From positions 3,975 through 67,974 of the forward strand of contig CAYVRZ010000013.1 of the NCBI GenBank assembly GCA_964453895.1: DNA of 64,000 nt, in the 5' to 3' direction. This DNA is from an uncultured Pseudobdellovibrionaceae bacterium. Lineage in GTDB: Bacteria; Bdellovibrionota; Bdellovibrionia; Bdellovibrionales; UBA1609. A model generated the notes under the pieces. That model was given only the letters and a program-made list of their open reading frames with translations. It was not told the origin of the DNA and ran no database searches. The translations under genes were made by a program, and so were the position numbers. Positions 1 to 8,067 of the stretch are shown one piece after another (the stretch's first letter is position 1; each line of letters starts with the position of its first letter).

Positions 1-912
1 CGATGCATCTTGCATGACGTAGAAGTGAATGTTGTTGTGGCCGTTGTTAATCAGGTCATGCACTTGTTTTTGGCACCAGCGTTGGCCAATCTCGGACGCG
101 TGCCCGGGGTTGGCCGTGACTTCATCGACCAACTCGTCGGGAAGATCGACATGGAACGTTTTCGGAATGTTGCGCAGCTGAGTGGCGCTCTTTAGAATTT
201 TAATGCCTGGCACGATCGGAACATTAATTCCGGCCTCGCGACACTCTTTAACAAAGCTATAGAAGTGTTTATTGTCGAAGAACATCTGCGTGATGATGTA
301 TTCGGCGCCGGCATCAACTTTGGCTTTGAGATGAGCGATATCGATTTTTTTATTGGGTGATTCGAAATGTTTCTCCGGGTAGCCAGCCACGCCGATGCAA
401 AAATCGAGCGGCGAGGCTTCGCTTAAATCCTCGAGAAAATTGCCTTGGCGGAGATCCACCACCTGGCGAACCAAGTCGATGGCGAATTTATTAACCGATT
501 GGTGCTTCATCACGGTTTTGGCATGATCGGGTTCATCGCCGCGAAGAGCGAGAATATTTTCGCAACCGAGGAAGTTCAACTCGATCAATGCGTCTTCGGT
601 CTCTTCTCTGGTGAAGCCGAGACAAAGCACATGGGCCACGGTGTCGATCTTAAAGCGATTTTGAATAACGCCGCAGATGCCGATGGTGCCGGGGCGTTTT
701 TTAAAAATTTTGCGGCGAAGGGAGCCGTCTTTATTTTCGTGGAGGTGCGCGGAGGAGGAGTGCGAAGTGACATCAATCCAGCGTGGTTTTGCGGGGCCAA
801 GACATTCAACGACTTCGATCAGATCGCGAATGCTGCGGCCACGGGCCGGCGGAATAATTTCAGCAGAGAAAGCAGGGCCGCGAGCGGCTTGGATATGTTC
901 TATGACACGCAT
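1..912 (-). CDS. metF: 5,10-methylenetetrahydrofolate reductase, first ~304 codons (3' end beyond left edge)
   Basis: Absent from the ORF track because it is open at the window edge. My translation of the minus strand from the ATG (complement of 910-912) gives MRVIEHIQAARGPAFSAEIIPPARGRSIRDLIEVVECLG...AEYIITQMFFDNKHFYSFVKEC..., a typical MetF/MTHFR sequence. The + strand ORFs 445..1176 and 677..1051 are antisense shadows. Confidence 0.85.
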   Translation of the reverse strand, partial: MRVIEHIQAARGPAFSAEIIPPARGRSIRDLIEVVECLGPAKPRWIDVTSHSSSAHLHENKDGSLRRKIFKKRPGTIGICGVIQNRFKIDTVAHVLCLGFTREETEDALIELNFLGCENILALRGDEPDHAKTVMKHQSVNKFAIDLVRQVVDLRQGNFLEDLSEASPLDFCIGVAGYPEKHFESPNKKIDIAHLKAKVDAGAEYIITQMFFDNKHFYSFVKECREAGINVPIVPGIKILKSATQLRNIPKTFHVDLPDELVDEVTANPGHASEIGQRWCQKQVHDLINNGHNNIHFYVMQDAS

Positions 913-1020
913 GATTTATCGCCTAAATATGTGTTTTGCCGGGGAGAAGGGCAATTTTTTTGTAGGCGAGTGGCGCAGCGTGGCGAGAGAGGGGTGTCGG
1001 GCTTTGGCTTGGCCTTTGGA

Positions 1021-1066
1021 GCACTCCACTCGAAGTCAACCGATGGGGTGACTTCGAGTGGAGTGC
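1021..1066. repeat. Perfect 18-bp inverted repeat (stem-loop with 10-nt loop) in the metF / methyltransferase divergent intergenic region
   Basis: GCACTCCACTCGAAGTCA (1021-1038), accgatgggg, TGACTTCGAGTGGAGTGC (1049-1066). The arms are exact reverse complements. No T-tract follows on either strand. Confidence 0.6.
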
Positions 1067-1105
1067 GCGTTGACCTCGAGGCCCGCCCTCTGAGACAACC
1101 CGGGC

Positions 1106-1978
1106 ATGCAAATCTCTATCGAAAACGGACGCCTAGCCAATTTTATCGCCAAACGGCGATGGATTCGCCGACTTAAAGTATTTACTCTCCCCGAGATGGG
1201 CCGGGTCCGGTGGCGCGATAAAGAGATTTATGTCGACCTGCGCGATTGGAAGGGCCCGTCGTACCACGCGCTGAATTGGGGCGTGGATTCTTATGAAACT
1301 AAAAATTACGATAAATTAAAGTCCATCTGCCCGCCCAAGGGCGTGATGTTTGATATTGGCGCCAATATCGGGCTGTTTTCTTTGCGTTTAGGCGCTGAGC
1401 TGCCGAATCTCACCATTCACGCCTTTGAGCCTGAGCCGAAGACACAGGCCTGTTTGCAAAAATCCATTCAAGCCAATCAACTGCCGAACGTTCACTTACA
1501 CAAAGAGGCGCTGAGCGATCATCGCGGTACGGCCACGTTTTATGTGGATGAACAAAACCACGGTGGCCATTCGCTCAACGCAGAGGCGATTCGCGAAGAC
1601 GGCAACTCGATCAGCTCGCAAATTCAGGTGCCGCTGGTCACGGCCGATGAATTTGTGACAGAAAAAAATATTCAGCGACTGGATTTAATTAAACTCGATG
1701 TGCAGCGCCACGAAGAGAGCGTGCTTAAAGGCGCGCTGGCTACGATTCAAAAATTTCGGCCGATCGTGATGATGGAGTGTTATTTTGACGATCTGGATAA
1801 ACCCGAAAAACCCTTGTTCGCACCGTTTCTCGCGGCGGGTGGGTATCACTTGGTGGAGCCGGTGAGTGGTTTGAAAATTCGCCTTGAGAGTTTTTCTTCG
1901 AGCGGCGTGTTTCAAAAAACCAGCTCGCGCTATGTGGATTTATTTTTTGTACCCGCTGAGGCGATGGGTAAATTTTAG
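1106..1978 (+). CDS. FkbM-family SAM-dependent methyltransferase
   Basis: 290-aa ORF with the GVMFDIGANIGLFSL glycine-rich SAM motif followed by IHAFEPEP, characteristic of the FkbM family. It adjoins the glycan locus. The exact start is uncertain. Confidence 0.75.
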   Translation: MQISIENGRLANFIAKRRWIRRLKVFTLPEMGRVRWRDKEIYVDLRDWKGPSYHALNWGVDSYETKNYDKLKSICPPKGVMFDIGANIGLFSLRLGAELPNLTIHAFEPEPKTQACLQKSIQANQLPNVHLHKEALSDHRGTATFYVDEQNHGGHSLNAEAIREDGNSISSQIQVPLVTADEFVTEKNIQRLDLIKLDVQRHEESVLKGALATIQKFRPIVMMECYFDDLDKPEKPLFAPFLAAGGYHLVEPVSGLKIRLESFSSSGVFQKTSSRYVDLFFVPAEAMGKF

Positions 1979-2472
1979 GGAAACGATTCTACCGGTAAAA
2001 AGAGCGTCATCGGCTCGTCTCGCAATTCTAAAAAACCATATTTTTTATAGAAGTTTTTTGCAGCATCGTCTTTCGCATCGACAAGAAGCGCATAGACTCC
2101 CACCGAAGCGGCGGCCGCTTGCACCCTTTTCATCGCATCCACCAAAAGATACCGGCCCAAACCTTGCCCTTGCATGGAAAGGTCGACGGCGAGGCGGCCC
2201 ATTCGCGAGACGGGTACCGGATGTCGAGGCAATCGTTTTTGCAGATCCGATGGCAGTGATGAAAGGTCTATTTCTCCCATGCTGAGACTATAAAATCCGA
2301 GAACGCGGCGCTCGTAGTCGGCGCGCTGAATGGCCACGAAAGTTTTATTGAAGTTCGCGCTTTGATTCTGTCGAGCCCGCATCTTTAAATAGGCATTGAG
2401 CTCCGCGGATCCGCAATCAAAAGGTGTGCGATCGAAAGATTTGTCTAAAAGGTAAATATCAAAATGCAGCAA
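1975..2472 (-). CDS. GNAT-family acetyltransferase toxin (TacT/AtaT/KacT-like)
   Basis: 165-aa ORF with a GNAT acetyl-CoA motif (QGQGLGRYLL...AKNFYKKYGF). It lies immediately downstream of a DUF1778-type antitoxin gene (9-nt gap), the classic type II TA architecture. Confidence 0.8.
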   Translation of the reverse strand: MLHFDIYLLDKSFDRTPFDCGSAELNAYLKMRARQNQSANFNKTFVAIQRADYERRVLGFYSLSMGEIDLSSLPSDLQKRLPRHPVPVSRMGRLAVDLSMQGQGLGRYLLVDAMKRVQAAAASVGVYALLVDAKDDAAKNFYKKYGFLELRDEPMTLFLPVESFP

Positions 2473-2481
2473 GCTAGCGAA

Positions 2482-2796
2482 TCACTTTTTCTGCTTGTCG
2501 TAGTCTTTGAACGCGCGTTTTAAAGCTTCGTTCGGTTTGGGGGGCGAGATGACGGCCGAATAAAAGGTTTGCGCATCACGGACCGACAACGAAGTTCTCT
2601 CGATTTCGCTGAGTTCGCGGCGGGCCGCACGAATTGAGTTTTGCAGCATAAAAGCACTGACCGATAGCCCCTGACTTTGCGCCGCTCTTTCGATCAAAGA
2701 TTTATCGTCGGGCGCCGTGCGAATGTGAATTACATCGTCTTTAGCTTTATCTTCTTTGACCTTATCTTCTTGTTTCTTTTTTTTGAGTGCTGACAT
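2482..2796 (-). CDS. DUF1778 (RHH) antitoxin, TacA-like
   Basis: Contains IHIRTAPDDKSLIERAAQSQGLSVSAFMLQNSIRAARREL, a typical DUF1778 ribbon-helix-helix antitoxin. I prefer the internal ATG at 2796 (MSALKKKK...) over the track start at 2838. Confidence 0.75.
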   Translation of the reverse strand: MSALKKKKQEDKVKEDKAKDDVIHIRTAPDDKSLIERAAQSQGLSVSAFMLQNSIRAARRELSEIERTSLSVRDAQTFYSAVISPPKPNEALKRAFKDYDKQKK

Positions 2797-2815
2797 AGGA
2801 AATAATATAGCACGA

Positions 2816-2836
2816 GTGTGTAGCGTTTGTACACAC
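2816..2836 (-). promoter_or_regulatory. Candidate TA operator: 7-bp inverted repeat upstream of the antitoxin gene
   Basis: GTGTGTA (2816-2822) and TACACAC (2830-2836) are exact reverse complements, 20-40 nt upstream of the ATG at 2796. On the minus strand a TATATT -10-like hexamer sits 7 nt before that ATG. Confidence 0.3.
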
Positions 2837-2869
2837 ACAAAATAGGCTATAGTTTCAGGTGCTTATCTA

Positions 2870-4432
2870 CTATTCCCGCGTCCAGATTTCCCAGCCGCAT
2901 TTTTCGGTGGCGAGGGTACGCGTCCAGCGGCGGCCGCTGGGGTCGGTGGTTTCGGTTTTGCCCTCAGCAAATGTCAGATAAAACGCTTTGGATTCGGGCC
3001 AGTTGGGCACGTCGACTTTGGTGCCGTGGCGTGGTTCATCGGCTTGCGTGAAGCCCGCGGCGTAATTGCGGCTTAGCGCGAAGGCGGTCGCCTCGATCTC
3101 GTTTAACCGCGCCCAATTGTTGGCCCAGTTGGAGCTGGCTTTTTTGCCGGCCTGGTGGCGATCAAAGGCGATGTAAGGATCAAGCGCGACCACGCGGCCT
3201 TGTTCGACATATGAGCGAACGGCTTGCGAAATTTGCGCGGCCTCACTGCGGCAGCCGAGCGTGGGTGTAAGGCCGGCTTCGATGCTGGCCGGTACAAAAC
3301 CGATGGTTAAAAAAACTAGGGCCGCAAAATAAATCACCACGCGCGAGAAAGCTCGAGCTGGCAAAAAGCGCGTGAGCATTCCGCGCCCGTAGAGCGCGGC
3401 CCACGCTAGATTAATCGCCACGATCGGGATTAGATAATACGACATTTGATATTCGGTGTTCTGGCGAAAAATAATAATCAGTGGGAGTGCGGCGATGGCG
3501 AGCATCCGAAAGCGCCCGACTCGCGCGCTGACCAGCGGCGATACCAGGGCCAGGAGGAAAATCGCCAACAGCGGAAATAGCAACTGCGAGGTCAAGTGGT
3601 TGACCCAAGTCTCAAACGACTGTGCCGTCGGCGCGAGGCCGAACTTACTTTGATCGAGCAAAAAGCGAATCGAGCGGGGGAAATTAAAGCTTTGCGGAAA
3701 GCCGAGCAGCAAATAGCTGGGCAACATCCACAAATAAAACTCAAAAGCCGTGCGAGCATTTTGCCGGGTGAACGGCGGCATCCACATGAGCCAAATCACC
3801 GGCAGAAAAATCACAAAGGTGAGCTTGACCATACCGGCTGCACCCCACAGCAGGGCCGCGATTTTAAACCAAACCGATTGGGGCGCGTTCAACGCCTTGC
3901 TCGAGGTCACAAAGGCCGCGAGCACCACCAGACCAAATAGCATATCGGGGTGGGCGCGATAGACAAACTCGGCCCAAGTGGAGTTGCGCAAAAACAGCGC
4001 GGTGAGTGGCAGTGTAATACCCAAACGCGCGGGCCACGACGAAGTCAGCAAAGAGGCCAGCATTAGGGCAATGCCGTAAACACATAGCAAATTTAAAACC
4101 ATTAAAACTAAATGGGTCGCTCGCTCGCCGTTCTCGTACGGTGAAGCTTTATCAGCAAAGGTGCGACCGGTGAAAAAACTAAAGGTGTGCGCGACTCGAT
4201 AGAAAAAAGCGCCGTAGCCCGATTCGCCATTGTCTTTGTACCAGCGGGTTTTATAGGCGGTGCCCACAACGTGGGCGGCATCGGCATCGCGCGACGACAA
4301 TATAGAGCGCGGGTCGATATGAGAGCTAAACGCGGAGACAAAGCCGGAGAATTGAAAAATCAGCAGCAGGCCTAAAAAGCCGGTCAGAATCTTTTGACCA
4401 TTCTCGCGAAAAAAAACCTTAAGGTCTTGCAA
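2870..4432 (-). CDS. Polytopic membrane protein, possible GT-C-type (ArnT/PMT-like) glycosyltransferase
   Basis: 520-aa ORF with many hydrophobic segments followed by a ~130-aa soluble C-terminal domain. It is last in the operon that contains a polyprenyl-phosphate GT2. No diagnostic motif was recognised. Confidence 0.4.
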   Translation of the reverse strand: MQDLKVFFRENGQKILTGFLGLLLIFQFSGFVSAFSSHIDPRSILSSRDADAAHVVGTAYKTRWYKDNGESGYGAFFYRVAHTFSFFTGRTFADKASPYENGERATHLVLMVLNLLCVYGIALMLASLLTSSWPARLGITLPLTALFLRNSTWAEFVYRAHPDMLFGLVVLAAFVTSSKALNAPQSVWFKIAALLWGAAGMVKLTFVIFLPVIWLMWMPPFTRQNARTAFEFYLWMLPSYLLLGFPQSFNFPRSIRFLLDQSKFGLAPTAQSFETWVNHLTSQLLFPLLAIFLLALVSPLVSARVGRFRMLAIAALPLIIIFRQNTEYQMSYYLIPIVAINLAWAALYGRGMLTRFLPARAFSRVVIYFAALVFLTIGFVPASIEAGLTPTLGCRSEAAQISQAVRSYVEQGRVVALDPYIAFDRHQAGKKASSNWANNWARLNEIEATAFALSRNYAAGFTQADEPRHGTKVDVPNWPESKAFYLTFAEGKTETTDPSGRRWTRTLATEKCGWEIWTRE

Positions 4433-5024
4433 CCGTAGATTCCCACTTGGTGGCTTTGGTTTTTAGCGCCGGATGGCTGACGAGTAAATGCCACACCACT
4501 GCGCAAAGGCCTTCGGTGTGGGGCGTGATATGGTCAGCAAACATTGGGGGAATTACGGCGCAGGCCGTGGCCGTCTCGCGGGTGAAGCCGCCATCTTTGC
4601 CAACAATGCCAAAGATCGGCGCTTTGCGCTCGCGCGCCAGTTCAAGTGCCCGCACCAGATTCACCGAAATATTTTTGCCTTGATTGCCGCCGCCGACGCT
4701 AAAGACCAAAACTGCATCGCGCTCACTAAGGCGCGAGACTTTTAGCCATTCGATAAATGAGGTGTCCCACCCTTCGTCGTTAACTCGGGCGGTGAGCTCA
4801 CTCACGTTGTCTGTGGGCGTGTAGGCTTCAAAACCACAGATTTTACGAAAGTCATTCACTGCGTGACTGGCGTGGCCTGCAGATCCGCCCACACCTAAAA
4901 TAAATAAGCGCCCGCCGTTGTCGCGCACGCGACCGAGGCCCACCGCCATGTTCTCGATCTCTGATATAGGTAGAGATTTAATCAGCTCGACACTCTCGTT
5001 AAGAAATTTTTCGGTGAATGACAT
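4419..5024 (-). CDS. gmhA: SIS-domain sugar-phosphate isomerase, likely sedoheptulose-7-phosphate isomerase
   Basis: Contains the SIS-domain phosphosugar-binding motif RLFILGVGGSAGHASHAVNDF. Its neighbours are a GmhB-like phosphatase, a transaldolase and a nucleotidyltransferase. Confidence 0.65.
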   Translation of the reverse strand: MSFTEKFLNESVELIKSLPISEIENMAVGLGRVRDNGGRLFILGVGGSAGHASHAVNDFRKICGFEAYTPTDNVSELTARVNDEGWDTSFIEWLKVSRLSERDAVLVFSVGGGNQGKNISVNLVRALELARERKAPIFGIVGKDGGFTRETATACAVIPPMFADHITPHTEGLCAVVWHLLVSHPALKTKATKWESTVARP

Positions 5025-5027
5025 ACT

Positions 5028-5594
5028 CTATTTGCCTTTCTGTTGAACCAGCCACTGGGCGAAATCCATTAAACTTGCAAAAAATTGCGTGGGTTTTAAA
5101 TCGCGCTCCTCAAGCATGGCCAAGTGGTCGGACCGCTTGGGGCCGATATATGCCGTATTGAGTTTAAGCGCCGATCCGGCTTCGATATCGGTGATGCCGT
5201 CGCCGACCATCCAGGTGTCTTTTAAATTTGCGGGAGAAATATCGCCGAGCGCTTGTTCGAGAAGTCCCGTCGCGGGTTTGCGGCATAAGCATTTGTCTTC
5301 GCTCTTATGAAAGCAAATGTGCGACGACGAAACACTGCCGCCGTCGGCCCGCACCAACTCTAAAACTTTGGCGTGCACGGCCTCTAAGTTGGCCATGGTG
5401 GTGGTGCCTTTGGCCGCGGCCGGTTGATTGGTGGCAATACTGACTCGGTGGCCGGCTTGATTGAGCATGGCAATCGCTTCGCCCGCGCCGGGCACCAGTT
5501 TGACTTGCGAAGGATGTAAAGGCGAATTGACCGTGCCCTGTTCGGGGTCGACCACGAGGCGATTGATCACTCCGTCACGGTCTAGAATAATCAA
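5028..5594 (-). CDS. gmhB: HAD-IIIA phosphatase, D-glycero-D-manno-heptose 1,7-bisphosphate phosphatase-like
   Basis: Starts MIILDRDGVIN (the DxDG HAD motif I), then SIATNQ and GDGITD motifs. The size (188 aa) and context fit GmhB. Confidence 0.7.
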   Translation of the reverse strand: MIILDRDGVINRLVVDPEQGTVNSPLHPSQVKLVPGAGEAIAMLNQAGHRVSIATNQPAAAKGTTTMANLEAVHAKVLELVRADGGSVSSSHICFHKSEDKCLCRKPATGLLEQALGDISPANLKDTWMVGDGITDIEAGSALKLNTAYIGPKRSDHLAMLEERDLKPTQFFASLMDFAQWLVQQKGK

Positions 5595-6310
5595 AGCGTA
5601 AATCCTGATTTCACAGCGTCGTCGTAAAACATTTTAACGGTTTCGAGCGAATACTGCTCGGCGTCTTTGCCCATCAGCGGCAGTTTGCTTAAGAGCGAGG
5701 CCGGTGCGGTGATAATATGCGTGCCAGTTTGATCGGCCTGGTAAATATTTAAAACTTCGCGCGGCGAGGCCCAAAGAATTTTCGCGCCCGTAGCCCCGCG
5801 ATAAAGCTCAACCGCATCGCGCATCACCGGGATCGGATCCACGCCGGTGTCGGCCAAGCGGCCAGCAAAAATCGACACGATCACATTGTGTTTGGGCGAG
5901 ACAATTTCGCGAAGACCGCGGATTTGCGCTTGCGAGAGAATGGCGGTGACGTTGACCATAATGCCTTGGTCGAGCAATCGCTTAATCAAAGGCAAGCTCG
6001 ATTCACCGCGCGTGTTGGTGATCGGGATTTTAACATTGGCGTTGGGCCCCATGGCGACGATTTTCTCGGCTTGTTTTTCCATTTCAGAAAATTCGTCGGA
6101 GAAAACTTCAAAAGAAACAGGCAGATCTTTAATGTGTTTTAAAACCTCGCTCGCGAATTTGGCATAATCGCGAATGCCGGCTTTGGCCATCAGAGTTGGG
6201 TTGGTGGTGAAGCCTTTGACCCAGCCTTGTTCATAGCACTGGAGCATTTCTTTGAGGTCGGCGCCGTCGGCAAAGAGGGCCACTTTCAACTTGGAGGTAT
6301 ACTGTTTCAT
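5591..6310 (-). CDS. Transaldolase-family protein (fructose-6-P aldolase/transaldolase type)
   Basis: Contains GFTTNPTLM near the N-terminus and NVKIP, the Schiff-base lysine context. 239 aa. Its stop and start overlap the neighbouring genes. Confidence 0.8.
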   Translation of the reverse strand: MKQYTSKLKVALFADGADLKEMLQCYEQGWVKGFTTNPTLMAKAGIRDYAKFASEVLKHIKDLPVSFEVFSDEFSEMEKQAEKIVAMGPNANVKIPITNTRGESSLPLIKRLLDQGIMVNVTAILSQAQIRGLREIVSPKHNVIVSIFAGRLADTGVDPIPVMRDAVELYRGATGAKILWASPREVLNIYQADQTGTHIITAPASLLSKLPLMGKDAEQYSLETVKMFYDDAVKSGFTL

Positions 6311-7027
6311 TTATTTCTCCTTAAGGTGCTTGCTAGCATACTCGGTAAACTCATGCAAACCCTGTGGCGAGCCGATTTCATAGAAGCGCTCGAACACCTC
6401 AAGGCCGGCGAGTTGACCATTTTGACTTAAATTTTCATAGAGTCGGGCGAGATCGCCTTTTTGCCCGCGTTTGAAATTTATGTTGATCACATCTCGGCGC
6501 ATAATGCTGAGGCCATAGTCGATGTAGTCCATCGGCTCAACCCGGTGGGTTTTGCTATAAAACACCACTTTGCCATCGCGAAAGTTGGCGTTGCTTTTGT
6601 CGTAGCGGCCGTTGTTTTTAAAAACGGTCATCATGGCGGGAAGATCTTGATTTTTAAATTTGGCATCGACTTCGCCCACGTTGAGCGGAAGGTAAGAGTC
6701 GCCATATAAGAGCGCAAACGTCTCACTCATCGCATTTGAATCAAGTACGTGTCGGAGGGCCCCGCCGGTGCCGAGCAGATCGCCGCGCTCATAGACAAAA
6801 TTGACCGTTAAATTTTTAACGGGATGAGCTTTGATATACTCTTCGATTTTCTCACCCAAGTGGCCGAGCGAAAACGTGACATGAGTTACGCCGGTGCGGG
6901 CCAGCCACTCCAACTGATAGGTGACAAAGGCTTTGCCATGCACCGGAATCAGCGCTTTAGGCAAATCTTGCGAAATTTCTTTCATGCGGGTGCCGAGCCC
7001 ACCGGCGAGAATCACACATTGTAGCAT
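6311..7027 (-). CDS. Sugar-phosphate nucleotidyltransferase (heptose-1-P guanylyl/nucleotidyl-transferase-like)
   Basis: N-terminal ILAGGLGTRMKEISQDLPKALIPV, the nucleotidyltransferase G-x-G-T-R motif. 238 aa, comparable to HddC-type enzymes. Confidence 0.75.
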   Translation of the reverse strand: MLQCVILAGGLGTRMKEISQDLPKALIPVHGKAFVTYQLEWLARTGVTHVTFSLGHLGEKIEEYIKAHPVKNLTVNFVYERGDLLGTGGALRHVLDSNAMSETFALLYGDSYLPLNVGEVDAKFKNQDLPAMMTVFKNNGRYDKSNANFRDGKVVFYSKTHRVEPMDYIDYGLSIMRRDVININFKRGQKGDLARLYENLSQNGQLAGLEVFERFYEIGSPQGLHEFTEYASKHLKEK

Positions 7028-7956
7028 CAGGAGAATCCGACTTTCTTGTCGAGGATATATTTAGGTCGCTGTTTCACTTCGTCGTAAATTCGCCCCACGT
7101 ACTCGCCCAAAATTCCCACACTCATCAGCTGCACGCCGCCGAGAAATAGAACTAAAATCACAATGGTGGGATTGCCCATGGGGAACGGCTGGCCCTTGAG
7201 TTTGAGAATAAAATAAATAATCGCCATCACAAAGGAGCAAAAGGCGACGATAAAGCCGAACGTGGTCGATAGCCGCAGTAAGAAATTTGAAAAACACACC
7301 ACGCCGTTCATGCCGATCACGAGTGAACCTAGGAACCGGTTGTAGTTGCCTTGACCGGCGAAGCGCGCGGGGCGCTCAAAAACCACGGCGGTTTGCTTAA
7401 AGCCGACTAAAGCCACAAGTCCGCGCAAGAAACCATGACTCTCTTTAAGGGCGACCACATGGTCGACCACTCGGCGCGACATCAATCGAAAGTCGCCCGT
7501 GTTGCGGGGAATATTTACTTCGGCCACGCGGTTGATCAGTTTGTAGCCTAAGTAGGAAACTAATTTTTTTATAATCGTTTCGCCTTTGCGATTGGCCCGT
7601 TGGGCGTAAACGACGTCGTAGCCTTCTTTAAACTTCGCCAGCATTTCGAGCACCAACTCAGGCGGATCTTGCAAATCGACATCCATCACCACGACGGCGT
7701 CGCCTTGAGCGGACTCCATGCCGGCGATGGTGGCCATGGGTTGGCCCACGCGTTTGGAGAATTTAAGATATTTGACTCTTGGATCGGCGGCGTTGGCTTT
7801 TTGTAAGACCATTTCTGTCTCATCGGGCGATGGGTCCATAGCGAAAATCAGCTCGAACTCCGTAGTGACGGGCTCGAGCAGCGGGACCATTCGGCGCAAA
7901 TACTCTTCGATATTGCGCGCCTCTTTGTAGACGGGAATCACGACAGATAAAAACAT
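7027..7956 (-). CDS. Family 2 glycosyltransferase, polyprenyl-phosphate sugar synthase type (GtrB/ArnC/DPM1-like)
   Basis: VVIPVYKEARNI start, a DxD region (VVVMDVDLQD) and two C-terminal transmembrane helices ending GILGEYVGRIY, the hallmark architecture of this subfamily. Confidence 0.85.
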   Translation of the reverse strand: MFLSVVIPVYKEARNIEEYLRRMVPLLEPVTTEFELIFAMDPSPDETEMVLQKANAADPRVKYLKFSKRVGQPMATIAGMESAQGDAVVVMDVDLQDPPELVLEMLAKFKEGYDVVYAQRANRKGETIIKKLVSYLGYKLINRVAEVNIPRNTGDFRLMSRRVVDHVVALKESHGFLRGLVALVGFKQTAVVFERPARFAGQGNYNRFLGSLVIGMNGVVCFSNFLLRLSTTFGFIVAFCSFVMAIIYFILKLKGQPFPMGNPTIVILVLFLGGVQLMSVGILGEYVGRIYDEVKQRPKYILDKKVGFS

Positions 7957-8067
7957 GTGGGTGGACCATAAATTAAACCGGCGCCGCTGTCATGATCCCT
8001 CTGATAACGCAGGGCAAAATTGACATGATAGGTGCGGGTCCTTACGATGCCCCGATTTGGAGTTTAA

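Noticed and set aside
913-1105. Possible SAM or SAH riboswitch in the metF 5' region
   Set aside because: metF is often riboswitch-controlled, so I read the minus-strand leader against what I remember of the SAM-I/II and SAH consensus cores. I could not find the conserved junction sequences. I report only the hairpin. An Rfam scan would be needed to settle it.
445-1176. 243-aa plus-strand ORF (and the nested 677..1051 ORF)
   Set aside because: It lies antisense to a much better-supported metF reading frame (1-912, minus). Its sequence has no recognisable family and a Gly/Ala/Arg-rich composition typical of shadow ORFs in GC-rich DNA.
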